This document shows positions 45,109 through 54,455 of a stretch of DNA of 59,582 bases, piece after piece (position 1 is the stretch's first letter; every line of letters starts with the position of its first letter). Below the pieces are notes generated by a model that saw nothing but the letters and a program-made list of their open reading frames with translations, ran no database searches and was not told the DNA's origin. The position numbers and the translations under genes were made by a program. The DNA is from Cellvibrionales bacterium (GTDB lineage Bacteria; Pseudomonadota; Gammaproteobacteria; Pseudomonadales; Porticoccaceae). The stretch covers positions 168,065 to 227,646 of the forward strand of contig NVWE01000003.1 in NCBI GenBank assembly GCA_002746135.1, read 5' to 3'.

Positions 45109-45995
45109 GCAAACCACCCGAAGATAACGACACACCCAAAGCACCCCAGGACATCGTTTCCCAAATTGAAGAGCAGCACAGTGATGCCGCTGAGCACTCT
45201 GAGCAGGTGATGGCCATTTATGGTGACGGGCTGCCCTATGAGCAGTCGCGCCTAATGAATGAAACCCGGTTTTACTTGACGCAATCCGCTGACAGCATGC
45301 TAGAGGCTGGCAAGCGCCTGATCATCATGAAAGAGCACGAGCCCCATGGCACGTTCCAGCACCTGGTTGAAAACGACCTGCAGATAGAGCCGAGGCTTGC
45401 CCGCAAAATGATGCAGGCTGCCGTTAAATTTCTTTCCCCTCGATTAGCGTCAAAACGGAATACGTTTTCCCTTTTGGGGAAAAGCAAAATTTACGAGCTG
45501 ATGCTTGAGGACGAAGATGACCTTGAGGAACTAGCAGAAGGCGGCACTTTCCTGGGCATGGACATGGACGATATCGAGCGCATGTCGTCTCGCGAACTGC
45601 GCAAAGTATTACGCGATCGCCGCGCCGATGATGAGGCCAAAGACCGGGTGTCTTCCGATCAGCGCCAAACCATTCAAGACCTGCAAACCCAATTACAACG
45701 GGCTGCCCAGCTACCCCCTGACGAGATCGACAGGGAGTTGCGCGAGGAGGCTGGCAAACGTGCATGGGCCGCCGAAACAGGCTTGAGGGGGCAATTGCGG
45801 CCCGCCCTGCAGGCGCTAAGCGATAACGGCAATACGAACGGCATTGATGTCTCTGCCTGCATCGCGGGGTTTGTGAACCAGGTCGAACTGGCCCTGGCGG
45901 ATATTCGCCTGGAGCTGAACATTATGCCAAGCGAGTCTCTGGACGATGGCATGGACTGGGATGTGCCACCGTCTGCAAGCCCTGAAACCCACTAA
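45105..45995 (+). CDS. DUF3102-like early protein
   Basis: 296 aa. SMLEAGKRLIIMKEHEPHGTFQHLVENDLQIEPRLARKMMQAA resembles DUF3102, which is common upstream of Mu-type transposases. Confidence 0.45.
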   Translation: MSKPPEDNDTPKAPQDIVSQIEEQHSDAAEHSEQVMAIYGDGLPYEQSRLMNETRFYLTQSADSMLEAGKRLIIMKEHEPHGTFQHLVENDLQIEPRLARKMMQAAVKFLSPRLASKRNTFSLLGKSKIYELMLEDEDDLEELAEGGTFLGMDMDDIERMSSRELRKVLRDRRADDEAKDRVSSDQRQTIQDLQTQLQRAAQLPPDEIDRELREEAGKRAWAAETGLRGQLRPALQALSDNGNTNGIDVSACIAGFVNQVELALADIRLELNIMPSESLDDGMDWDVPPSASPETH

Positions 45996-46011
45996 ACGAA
46001 GGCCTATAACA

Positions 46012-47811
46012 ATGCAGTCAACACTGAATGGCGGCCTGATTGAGTACCTGCAAAGCGTGGTACAGGCGGCAGATGATGCGGGCCATGGTGGCAAAACAGC
46101 GGTGTACCAGGCCGCTGCCGACAAACTAGGTATTGGCAAAGCAACGCTATACCGCAAGATTGGTGAGATCGTGATGCCGACACAACGCAAGCAGCGTAGC
46201 GATGCGAGTGCAACGGCGCTGACCCTTGACGACGCGCAGCATATTAGTGCTTTTCTGATTGAAAGTTATCGGGCTAATGGCAAGCAACTCAGCTCACTCG
46301 AGAATGCGGTTGAGGTGTTACTGAGTAATGGCCGCATTACCGCTGGCCGGGTGGATAAAGCCACAGGGGAGTTTGCGCCTTTATCCATTAGCGCTATTCG
46401 CCGGGGCCTTGAAGTTTATGGCTTGCTGCCGAAACAGTTGAGCAGGCCCTCGCCCAAGGTGCGACTGGCTAGCCAGCACCCCAACCATGTCTGGCAAATA
46501 GATCCCTCGTTATGTGTGCTGTATTACCTGCCACGCAAGCAAAGCGAAGGCCTGCAGGTAATGGATAAGACGCAGTTCTACAAAAACAAACCGGCCAATA
46601 TTCGCAAGATTGAGAAAGAGCGCGTCTGGCGTTATGTGATTACCGACCACGCCAGTGGCTGGGTGTTTGTGCATTACGTGCTGGGGGCTGAGAGCGGCAA
46701 AAACTTGGTAGACAGTTTTATTGCCGCCACCCAGCGCCGTGACAACGACCCGGTGCACGGGGTGCCGCTGAACGTAATGGTTGACCCCGGCAGCGCGAAT
46801 ACCGGGGCGATATTTCAAAACCTGTGTAGAGCATTAGAAATAGAGGTGCTGGTTAATCGCCCCGGCCAGCCCTGGGCAAAGGGGCAGGTAGAGCAAGCCA
46901 ACAATCTGGTGGAATGCGATTTTGAACATCGCCTGCGCTTCTTAAAACAACCCCCCACCACGCTTGATGAGATTAACCATTACGCCGGGCAATGGATGTG
47001 CCGCTTTAACGTGCGCAACAAACACAGCCGCCATGGCAAAAGCCGCTTTGCGGTATGGCAAACCATTTTACCGGATCAATTACGGGTGGCACCACCAGCC
47101 CAGGTGATGCGCGAGCTGGCCACGACGCGGCCAGAACACCGTCTGGTGTCGGTAAATTTAACCATTAGCTTTAAAGGTAAGACCTATAGCGTGGCCGAGG
47201 TTGAGGGCGTGATGGTGGGCGAAAAGCTATTAATTACGCGAGACCCCTGGGGTGCTGACAATAGCGCCCGTGTGGTTGTCACCGATGAGGATGGGCGCGA
47301 TGTGTTCGTACCCCTGGAAGCGGAAGAGTACGACGCCTTCGGCTTCCCCACCACGGCGGTGATGATTGGTGAGGGCTACCGGGGCATGAAGGATGGTCAG
47401 ATAGATATTAACCGCAAGGCGGTTGAGCGCCTGGCGATGGGGGCGGATACGGATGAGGCGGCAGAGAAGGCCCGCAAGAAGCAGACCGTGCCGTTTAACG
47501 GTGAGATTGACCCGATGTTGCCGATTACGAATACGCCGCTGCCGGACTATTTGCCGCGCCGTGGTACGGCGATGGATGTGGCGTCACCGATGATTGAGAT
47601 TAAGCCCTTGGGTCATGTGGCGGCGGCGAAGCGCTTGACGATGATGCTGGGCAATAAATGGCAGGGTGCGAGGCACTTTAGCTGGCTGCAGGCCGAGTAC
47701 CCGGCGGGTGTGATGGAGGATGAACTGGCGAGTATCGCCAGGCAATTGGCCGGGGCTGGCCCCGGTCATTCAGGGCCATTGGATGTGGCTCGAAAAACAG
47801 GAGGTGGATGA
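46012..47811 (+). CDS. Mu-type DDE transposase (A)
   Basis: 599 aa from ATG 46012, with SD gaagg. N-terminal HTH (GIGKATLYRKI). DDE-core candidates HVWQIDPS, NVMVDPGSAN and KGQVEQANN. Confidence 0.85.
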   Translation: MQSTLNGGLIEYLQSVVQAADDAGHGGKTAVYQAAADKLGIGKATLYRKIGEIVMPTQRKQRSDASATALTLDDAQHISAFLIESYRANGKQLSSLENAVEVLLSNGRITAGRVDKATGEFAPLSISAIRRGLEVYGLLPKQLSRPSPKVRLASQHPNHVWQIDPSLCVLYYLPRKQSEGLQVMDKTQFYKNKPANIRKIEKERVWRYVITDHASGWVFVHYVLGAESGKNLVDSFIAATQRRDNDPVHGVPLNVMVDPGSANTGAIFQNLCRALEIEVLVNRPGQPWAKGQVEQANNLVECDFEHRLRFLKQPPTTLDEINHYAGQWMCRFNVRNKHSRHGKSRFAVWQTILPDQLRVAPPAQVMRELATTRPEHRLVSVNLTISFKGKTYSVAEVEGVMVGEKLLITRDPWGADNSARVVVTDEDGRDVFVPLEAEEYDAFGFPTTAVMIGEGYRGMKDGQIDINRKAVERLAMGADTDEAAEKARKKQTVPFNGEIDPMLPITNTPLPDYLPRRGTAMDVASPMIEIKPLGHVAAAKRLTMMLGNKWQGARHFSWLQAEYPAGVMEDELASIARQLAGAGPGHSGPLDVARKTGGG

Positions 47812-47812
47812 T

Positions 47813-49015
47813 ATGAGAACTGCTTTGAAGTTGAAAAAAACACTGCGCCTGGCGGGTGCTGGCCAGACCGAGTTGGCAGGCCATTTGGGGATTAGTCAAG
47901 CGGCGGTGTCGTTGCTAATTAACCATAACCAATGGCCAAAACGTCGGGCGCGTGACGATATAGAGAGTGGCATTACGGCGTTTTTAAGTGATCGCGGATG
48001 CTATGAAAAGAACCTTTTTGCCACTGGGCAAGGGTCTGGAATAAAACCGCCCCATGGCAGTGGGGCGGGGTTTGATACCACTAAAAAGCAGCATCAAGAG
48101 TCCCAGGAGGACGAGCCTATGTTACTACGAAAGCAGAATTTATTACCAGCCACGTGCAAGGCCTTTGGTTTGTTTCGCGACCCCTTTGCGGAGCTGCAGG
48201 AGGCTAATGATATGTGGCTTAGCCCGGATATTCGCTATGTGCGAGAAGCGATGTGGCAGAACGTGAGGCACGGTGGTTTTCTGGCTGTTGTCGGTGAAAG
48301 TGGCGCGGGTAAAAGCACGCTGCGCCGCGATTTGGCGGAGCGTATTACGCAGGAGAATGAGCCGGTAATTATCATCGAGCCTTATGTATTGGGGGCTGAG
48401 GATAACGATATAAATGGCAAGACGTTGAAGGTTTCACATATCGCTGAGGCGCTGCTGAGTGCCGTGGCACCGCTGGAGAGTATTAAGCGCAGCAGTGAGA
48501 TGCGTTTTGCGCAAATGCACCGGGCATTGAAAGATTCTCATCAGGCGGGATATCGCCATTGTTTGATTATTGAGGAGGCGCATAGCCTGCCGATCCCGAC
48601 GCTAAAGCACTTGAAACGGATTCTTGAATTAGAGCTGGGTTTCACCAAGCTGGTGAGCATTATTCTAATCGGCCAGCCGGAATTATTGAGCAAGCTGAGC
48701 GAGCGCAATGCCCAGGTGCGCGAGGTGGTGCAGCGCTGCGAGGTGGTGACGCTGTCGTCTATTGAGCCGAGCAAGCTGGGTGAGTTTTTGGCCTATCGAT
48801 TGGGCCGTGGCGGCAAGCAGTTAGCCGAGGTGATTGATGAGCCTGGCATTGCGGCTTTGGCGCAGCGACTGGTGCTGCCGGGGCGGGCTGGGCGCAATGA
48901 GGATGTGTCGCAACTCTACCCCCTGGCCGTTGGTAATTTTATGTTGGCGGCGATGAATTTGGCGGCGCAGTTAGGCTCGCCCGTGGTGACCGCTGACATT
49001 GTAGGAGGTGTGTGA
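47813..49015 (+). CDS. AAA+ transposition ATPase (MuB/ExeA-like) with N-terminal HTH
   Basis: 400 aa from ATG 47813, with SD caggagg, 2 nt after the transposase stop. Walker A GESGAGKST and Walker B CLIIEEAH. Confidence 0.8.
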   Translation: MRTALKLKKTLRLAGAGQTELAGHLGISQAAVSLLINHNQWPKRRARDDIESGITAFLSDRGCYEKNLFATGQGSGIKPPHGSGAGFDTTKKQHQESQEDEPMLLRKQNLLPATCKAFGLFRDPFAELQEANDMWLSPDIRYVREAMWQNVRHGGFLAVVGESGAGKSTLRRDLAERITQENEPVIIIEPYVLGAEDNDINGKTLKVSHIAEALLSAVAPLESIKRSSEMRFAQMHRALKDSHQAGYRHCLIIEEAHSLPIPTLKHLKRILELELGFTKLVSIILIGQPELLSKLSERNAQVREVVQRCEVVTLSSIEPSKLGEFLAYRLGRGGKQLAEVIDEPGIAALAQRLVLPGRAGRNEDVSQLYPLAVGNFMLAAMNLAAQLGSPVVTADIVGGV

Positions 49016-49314
49016 TGACCGCGATGGTAATGGTACGTGCAGGCAACCAACAGAATGCCCATATAGCCGTGGGTATGGCGGCGGTGGCTGAGGTGGTAAC
49101 GGCGCTGGCGATTCAACAAATTACGGTGTTGAGCATCAGCATTGGCGCTAGTGCCCAGCCTGTTATGTCGTTGCAGTTTGATGAGCGTTTAAAAGAGGCG
49201 CTGGGTGACGGTGTGGCTGTAAAAATGCAGGGGCAAGCTGCTGGCATGTCCACTTATATAAAACACCTTGGCGGTTGTTTGCTGGAGTGGCAGCAAGCGG
49301 ATGTGGTGCATTGA
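49012..49314 (+). CDS. hypothetical early protein
   Basis: 100 aa with a 4-nt overlap with the ATPase gene. Confidence 0.35.
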   Translation: MMTAMVMVRAGNQQNAHIAVGMAAVAEVVTALAIQQITVLSISIGASAQPVMSLQFDERLKEALGDGVAVKMQGQAAGMSTYIKHLGGCLLEWQQADVVH

Positions 49315-49315
49315 T

Positions 49316-49513
49316 ATGAACCCCTTTCTGAGAGAACAAGTAGGCCGAGGCGCGCAGGTGGTTGATGTGGTTGGCCGCTGTGATGCGGTGGCTGAGTTTT
49401 CATTACAGCAGTGTCGAAATGCCTTATTTGTGCCTGATTTACAGGCCACGGTACAGCAGGCCATTGGGCGACGTATACGTTATTTAAAGAAGCAACCGGA
49501 GAACAGAATATGA
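49316..49513 (+). CDS. hypothetical early protein
   Basis: 65 aa from ATG 49316; the track ORF starts at 49268. Confidence 0.35.
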   Translation: MNPFLREQVGRGAQVVDVVGRCDAVAEFSLQQCRNALFVPDLQATVQQAIGRRIRYLKKQPENRI

Positions 49514-50145
49514 GTGTTGATATTGATGAAAGGCAAGCCATTCCTGATGGCTTTAAAGCGGACAATAAAGGCCGGTTGGTGCCAGTTGATTTGATCAAGC
49601 CTATCGATATGGCGCGCGATGATTTGGTTAGCGACCTGGTAATTGGCGCCAAGTTGGTGAAGGAACATATCGAGGATTTCAAGTCGGCAGCGATGGGTGA
49701 CATTGGTGCATTTATTGAGTTGTCTGCTGAAAAATACGGTGTCAAAAAGATGGGCGGCAGTAAGGGCAATGTAACCCTGTACAGTTTTGACGGGCGTTAC
49801 AAAATTCAACGTTCAATCGCCGAGTTTTTGGTTTTTGATGAGCGTTTGCAGGTGGCGAAGGTGCTGGTCGATGAGTGCATTCATGCCTGGACTGAGGGCA
49901 GCAGTTCGCAGATTCGCGCGCTTATTGATCATGCCTTTCAGGTGGACAAAGAGGGCAAGGTGAACACCAGCCGAATACTGGGCTTGAAACGCCTGGATAT
50001 TAAAGATGCGAAGTGGCGAGAGGCGATGCAGGCGATTACCGATGCCATGCAGGTGGTGGGTAGTAAGACCTATTTGCGCTTTTATGAGCGGATGGGTGAG
50101 TCGGATCAGTATGAGCCGATTGCGCTGGATATGGCGGCGCTTTGA
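49510..50145 (+). CDS. DUF3164-like protein
   Basis: 211 aa. Position and general sequence resemble DUF3164, which is common in Mu-like early regions. Confidence 0.5.
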   Translation: MSVDIDERQAIPDGFKADNKGRLVPVDLIKPIDMARDDLVSDLVIGAKLVKEHIEDFKSAAMGDIGAFIELSAEKYGVKKMGGSKGNVTLYSFDGRYKIQRSIAEFLVFDERLQVAKVLVDECIHAWTEGSSSQIRALIDHAFQVDKEGKVNTSRILGLKRLDIKDAKWREAMQAITDAMQVVGSKTYLRFYERMGESDQYEPIALDMAAL

Positions 50146-50146
50146 G

Positions 50147-50395
50147 ATGGGGATTTCACGCCTCACAGCTTTCACAATTGCTGAAAGAGACGATCTTATA
50201 TATGACTCTTCTGGCCCAGGTGAAAATGGAAAATATGCGGGCTCGATACACATGCCAAATGGCAGATTATTACTGAACACTACCCCGGTATTTAACTCCC
50301 CAGTATTAGCCATTAAGCACCTGTTTGAATTAAAAGATCGATGCAAGGATTTGGTTATGGCGAAAACAAGCCCGCAAGTGGATATAAAAGCATGA
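50147..50395 (+). CDS. hypothetical 82-aa protein (AT-rich early moron)
   Basis: ATG at 50147, right after the DUF3164 stop. AT-richer than its neighbours. Confidence 0.35.
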   Translation: MGISRLTAFTIAERDDLIYDSSGPGENGKYAGSIHMPNGRLLLNTTPVFNSPVLAIKHLFELKDRCKDLVMAKTSPQVDIKA

Positions 50396-50583
50396 GCGAT
50401 GTCGCTGACAGAGCCAACGATTTGGCCGATTTGCAACGTGACCAGGCGCTGGAAAAGGTGCCGCGCTATGCGGGCGTTTCTGCTGCTTATTGTGAGGATT
50501 GTGATGAGCAAATACCGGATGCTCGACGCACGGCGATACCGGGCGTGACGCGGTGTGTTGTGTGCCAGCAGGTTATTGAATGA
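50392..50583 (+). CDS. TraR/DksA-family C4 zinc-finger protein
   Basis: 63 aa from ATG 50392 (ATGA overlap). CEDCDEQIPDARR...TRCVVCQ. Confidence 0.65.
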   Translation: MSDVADRANDLADLQRDQALEKVPRYAGVSAAYCEDCDEQIPDARRTAIPGVTRCVVCQQVIE

Positions 50584-51047
50584 GTAAAGCAGCTGCGAAT
50601 CCGACCCGTTTACGTTTGATAAAAATCATTCATGTGGCCCGTCGTGAGTTGGGTATGGATGAGTCAACCTATCGTTTAATGCTGGGCAATTTGCCGGGTT
50701 TGGATGGTGCGACATCAAGTGCAAAATTGACCATTCCACAACTACGGTTGGTTTTGGATGGGTTCAAAAAGCGGGGCTTTAAGGTGCGTCCAAAAGGCGG
50801 CCCTGGTAAAGCAGGCACTCGAAAAATGGCTGATGATAATCAGTCGAAATTGATCCGCCATTTATGGTTGGAATTACACAGCGCGGGTGCTGTGCGCGAC
50901 CCTTCTGAACAGGCCCTGGCGAAGTTCGCTGGCAAGATGACGAAGGTGGGCTCGCTGCAATGGTTGAGCTCGCAGCAGGCGAGCCAGGTGATCGAGAATC
51001 TGAAGAATTGGTTGCACCGAATTAAGGAAGGAGCAGATGATGAGTAA
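50580..51047 (+). CDS. GemA-like regulatory protein (DUF1018, Mu gp16)
   Basis: 155 aa. LIKIIHVARRELGMDESTYRLML...LTIPQLRLVLDGFKKRGF. Confidence 0.65.
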   Translation: MSKAAANPTRLRLIKIIHVARRELGMDESTYRLMLGNLPGLDGATSSAKLTIPQLRLVLDGFKKRGFKVRPKGGPGKAGTRKMADDNQSKLIRHLWLELHSAGAVRDPSEQALAKFAGKMTKVGSLQWLSSQQASQVIENLKNWLHRIKEGADDE

Positions 51048-51390
51048 TGATTCACCGATGGAAGCATTACGCCATGAACTGCTTTCAGATGTGGCCGAGC
51101 ATACGACATTAATACTCAAGCAGCATGGCATTGATACCGATGTCGCTGACCAGGCTGGCTGTTCTATCAGCAATCATCTCGCCGAGCATTGGGGTGGCCA
51201 GGTGGTGAGCATTCCAAAAAACTATTTATACAAGTTGAGCCAACGTGACCAGGTCATCTATGAGGAGTTCAACGGCACTAATCACTCTGCGTTATCACGC
51301 AAGTATGATGTGTCGGTGAGGGCTATCTATAAGATCATCACGAGAGTACGAAAAAGAGAGGTCGATAAGCGTCAAATCCAGATGTTTTGA
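51037..51390 (+). CDS. Mor-family transcriptional activator
   Basis: 117 aa. WGGQVVSIPKNYLYKLSQRDQVIYEEFNGTNHSALSRKYDVSVRAIYKII is the Mor/C HTH pattern. Last gene before the right tip. Confidence 0.75.
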   Translation: MMSNDSPMEALRHELLSDVAEHTTLILKQHGIDTDVADQAGCSISNHLAEHWGGQVVSIPKNYLYKLSQRDQVIYEEFNGTNHSALSRKYDVSVRAIYKIITRVRKREVDKRQIQMF

Positions 51391-51460
51391 CCGTTTCATA
51401 ATAAGCAACGCCTTTTCAATACCTGTCCCGCTATAGACCCGTTTTTGGTGCTATATCCCA

Positions 51461-51503
51461 TATTTATCTCGCATTCCCTTATAATTTATCTCAACCTAGA
51501 TCA
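51461..51503. repeat. right terminal inverted repeat with two transposase-binding-site candidates
   Basis: The reverse complement reads TGATCTAGGTTGAGATAAATTATAAGGGAATGCGAGATAAATA, 29/43 identical to the left end with identical site spacing. Confidence 0.8.
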
Positions 51504-51504
51504 A

Positions 51505-51509
51505 AAAAT
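51505..51509. repeat. probable right copy of the 5-bp target-site duplication (AAAAT)
   Basis: The flank reads ...AGATCA(A)|AAAAT|g. The phase is ambiguous by 1 nt. Confidence 0.45.
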
Positions 51510-51563
51510 GCTAACATTCATGATCGCATGCTGCGTAAATAACACTAACGAAAAGAGGTAAGT

Positions 51564-52214
51564 ATGAAACTCATCAATTCTTTTGGCCCCAACCCCCGCA
51601 TGGTTCGTATGTTTATGGCCGAAAGGGGTATCGAGCTTGCGACAGAGGAAGTCGATTTATTAGCAGGGGAAAACCGCCAGGCAGCCTATATGGCGCGCAA
51701 TCCTGGTGCTCAAATGCCCGCCCTCGAACTCGACGATGGTTCAGTACTGGCTGAAACCACCGTCATGTGTGAATACCTCGATGAAACGTGTCCCGGCCAA
51801 TCAATGCTCGGCGAGACTGTTGAAGAGCGGGCCAAAAACCGCATGTGGACACGTCGAGTCGAGTTGAATATTACCGAGAATATTTACAATGCCTTTCGTT
51901 ATTCCGAAGGGCTTGAGCTCTTCAAAGACCGTTTACACTGCCTGCCAGAAGCCGCCGATGGCCTTAAAGCAAAAGCGCAGGGCCAACTCGAGTGGATTGA
52001 TGGTTTAATGGCCAGTAGCGACTACGTGGGCGGAAACTCACTGAGCATAGCTGATTTGGTGCTCTATTGCTGTCTCGATTTTGCTCAGGGTATTGGTCAA
52101 CCGCTGAACCCAGACATGAAAAACCTCAGCGCCTGGTTTGCGCGTATAGATCAACGCCCCAGCGCGAAAAGCAGCCTTCACCCCAGCAGTGCAGCTGTTG
52201 GCATGAAGGGCTAA
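51564..52214 (+). CDS. glutathione S-transferase
   Basis: 216 aa with a thioredoxin-like N-domain (NPGAQMPALELDDGSVLAETTVMCEYLDE) and a helical C-domain. Confidence 0.8.
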   Translation: MKLINSFGPNPRMVRMFMAERGIELATEEVDLLAGENRQAAYMARNPGAQMPALELDDGSVLAETTVMCEYLDETCPGQSMLGETVEERAKNRMWTRRVELNITENIYNAFRYSEGLELFKDRLHCLPEAADGLKAKAQGQLEWIDGLMASSDYVGGNSLSIADLVLYCCLDFAQGIGQPLNPDMKNLSAWFARIDQRPSAKSSLHPSSAAVGMKG

Positions 52215-52327
52215 GCCAGGATACGTTAATCAAAAGAAGTCGGGGCAGGTGTAATAACAAACCTGCCTCGACCCATTTAATTCACTTTCCTTCAGCTTTT
52301 AGCACACATTTACTGAGCGTTAGAGAG

Positions 52328-53239
52328 TCATTTCAACTCCTGCACCACATGCATGCCTTCCACGGCCAAGGGTGCACCCGCATAGGCAAAAGCCGTCAGC
52401 ATCAGCTCTTCAAGCTCCGCTTTCGTGACACCGTGGCGTATGGCTGCAGGCACGTGAATATGCAGCTCTTTAGTTCTACCGAGAGCGGTCAAAACGGAGA
52501 CGACCAGCAGGCTTCTGTCGCGACGCGATAGCTGTGAGCGCGCCCACACCTCACCAAAGGCGAAGTCGATACCGTAGGCACCCAGTGGTCCCAACTTGCC
52601 CGCCATTGCGGTAATCACTTTTTCGGGATCAGATGCAAGGTTGCCTGAAAGTTTGGCCATCACATCTACCCCTCGCTGGCGCCGCTCAGCATTGGAAAAT
52701 TTCTCAGCCCCCGGCAGCTTGCCATTTTGTGGCCGGTGGCCAAGCTCTGTAAGAATGCGATTGGTTTCAGCCATGGCATCGAGAGCGCGAGGGAAGCCCG
52801 CATAAGCAGCAACGTGAGTCATAATTTCTCGAATTTCAACAACCGTCAGCCCATGGTTCAGACCACCGGGCACGTAATATTTCAATTGGTTTGTTTGATG
52901 CAGCGTCGCAAGCATCGTCAATACAATAAGATTGCGGTCACGCTTGCTCAGCCCAGGGCGACTCCAGATATCGCCCAGTACAAAATCGAGGGCGAAAGAC
53001 CCCAGGGCACCATTTTCCGCTTCTAGCTTTGCAGCCATTTGACGGGCATCTTTCACACCGGTGAGAGAACCCAGTACCGCAACACCGCGGGCACGGCGCT
53101 CTTCATAATCACTATCACCTGCACTGGCAGTGCTAGCGAAAAACAAAAGTGAAGTAACTGCAGCCACTATAAAAACCAAACCAAGCCTTTTTTTACCGAT
53201 CATTTGAATCACCTTTTTATTGTGTTTTGTTAAAATCAT
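52328..53239 (-). CDS. exported protein with two carboxymuconolactone decarboxylase (AhpD-like) domains
   Basis: 303 aa with a signal peptide (LGLVFIVAAVTSLLFFASTASA). It has two copies of the FGD/EVW...LS.RDR.L..L..L pattern. Confidence 0.6.
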   Translation of the reverse strand: MILTKHNKKVIQMIGKKRLGLVFIVAAVTSLLFFASTASAGDSDYEERRARGVAVLGSLTGVKDARQMAAKLEAENGALGSFALDFVLGDIWSRPGLSKRDRNLIVLTMLATLHQTNQLKYYVPGGLNHGLTVVEIREIMTHVAAYAGFPRALDAMAETNRILTELGHRPQNGKLPGAEKFSNAERRQRGVDVMAKLSGNLASDPEKVITAMAGKLGPLGAYGIDFAFGEVWARSQLSRRDRSLLVVSVLTALGRTKELHIHVPAAIRHGVTKAELEELMLTAFAYAGAPLAVEGMHVVQELK

Positions 53240-53259
53240 TCTACCCTTGCCTGCTTACC

Positions 53260-54075
53260 TTAACGACTCACCCGCAGTTTCGCTGTTTGCCGCGATAGTG
53301 CCACCAGATTATCGGCGCTATCCCAAATCATGCCGTCTTCATTGACCACACCTTCGGTGATAAAGCTGGTTTTAAACTGGCAGCGCAGTGGCCCCGGGCA
53401 AGGGCGACGATGAATTTGCACCGACATTTCAATCGTTGGCACCCTACCCTTTGCACCGTAAATGGCGAAGGCTGGGGGCGGCAAGGCATCGCAAAACATC
53501 AACACTGCGAATAGATCAATATCAGACCCGTCGTTAAAACCCTGCCAACCCACCCAGGTCGAATCGCCATCGGGGCCATTAATCAGGGCATTAATATTGC
53601 TCGGTGCCAGCCGCTGTATCAACCGGTCACGAAGTTTAAGGTTGGGTGCATGGGGCATGTCGACGCAGTGATCATAATCGGGCATATCAGGCACCGCTTC
53701 CTTCACCTGCGTTTCACCATTGAGACGATCAATATCCTGAAAAACACCGACAAGCTGTATTTTCACCTCGCCATTTTGAATCAGCTTCACCATGCCATTA
53801 GACGTCGACTTACCCACCCGCAATAGCTCGACCTCACAGCGCACCGGGCCGGGCTCAGTGCGCGCCAGATAATAGGCCGTGACATTAAGCGGGTCGCTAT
53901 GAGGTAAAGCTTCACCGAGCACTTTGGTACCCAAAGCCAGAGTGTAGCCACCATTGGGCACCTGCCCAATACACCAGTCGGCGGAGAAATCACTCTCCCA
54001 CACCTGCTCATCAATTTTGCGTATGGCCGTACTGCGGGAAAATTCGCTGCCCTGACTTTGCATGCTAGCGCTCAA
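53260..54075 (-). CDS. thioesterase-superfamily protein (TesB-like double hotdog)
   Basis: 271 aa. Size and sequence character resemble acyl-CoA thioesterase II-like proteins. No strict motif verified. Confidence 0.45.
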   Translation of the reverse strand: MSASMQSQGSEFSRSTAIRKIDEQVWESDFSADWCIGQVPNGGYTLALGTKVLGEALPHSDPLNVTAYYLARTEPGPVRCEVELLRVGKSTSNGMVKLIQNGEVKIQLVGVFQDIDRLNGETQVKEAVPDMPDYDHCVDMPHAPNLKLRDRLIQRLAPSNINALINGPDGDSTWVGWQGFNDGSDIDLFAVLMFCDALPPPAFAIYGAKGRVPTIEMSVQIHRRPCPGPLRCQFKTSFITEGVVNEDGMIWDSADNLVALSRQTAKLRVSR

Positions 54076-54455
54076 GTTACTACCTCTCTCGATGTTGTTT
54101 TACTAATGCTTGTTACTGATAGTCTTAGTCGCAGACCAGGCCGCCATCGACATTCCATTAGTGACGATAGCCACCTGATGATCGAGTCTTTTTACTATTC
54201 ATACCTATATGTTGTTTTATTATTCTTCAGTACGCTGACTTACCAGACCCGGCACATTGTTATTATTTAGCGTTCCAGACAGTTTATCGTAAACTATTTT
54301 TGTCCACGGCCAAACAGTCAATACATAAAAAATAACCTCCAATAATAATCAGGGGATATCACAATGTCTGACCAGGAAAAAGAGAAAAGGGAATCGCTTT
54401 CTTTAAACAACTCACTGCAGGGGCTAAAAATCCGCCCAAACTCGTTAAAGGGGCA

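Larger units (their letters stand above)
11461..51503. mobile_element. Mu-family (BcepMu-type) transposable prophage, ~40.0 kb, apparently complete
   Basis: Matching terminal inverted repeats with TG..CA tips. Contains a DDE Mu-type transposase, AAA+ MuB-like ATPase, Mor, GemA, an XRE repressor and a full Mu-like head module (DUF3486, TerL, DUF935 portal, MuF, G, I protease, T capsid) plus a siphovirus-type tail module. Host genes lie immediately outside. Confidence 0.9.

Noticed and set aside
45946-46011. Upstream extension of the transposase ORF. A similar extension of the MuB-like ORF occurs at 47720-47812.
   Set aside because: The extensions overlap the preceding genes in another frame. 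Internal ATGs at 46012 and 47813 have good SD sequences and start just after the upstream stops.
11461-51503. Rearranged/inverted prophage, or two prophage fragments, because the early and late arms diverge from the middle
   Set aside because: Both tips carry matching inverted repeats with identical site spacing and a compatible 5-bp duplication. The gene set is single-copy and complete. The same early-arm inversion is the reported BcepMu-type layout.
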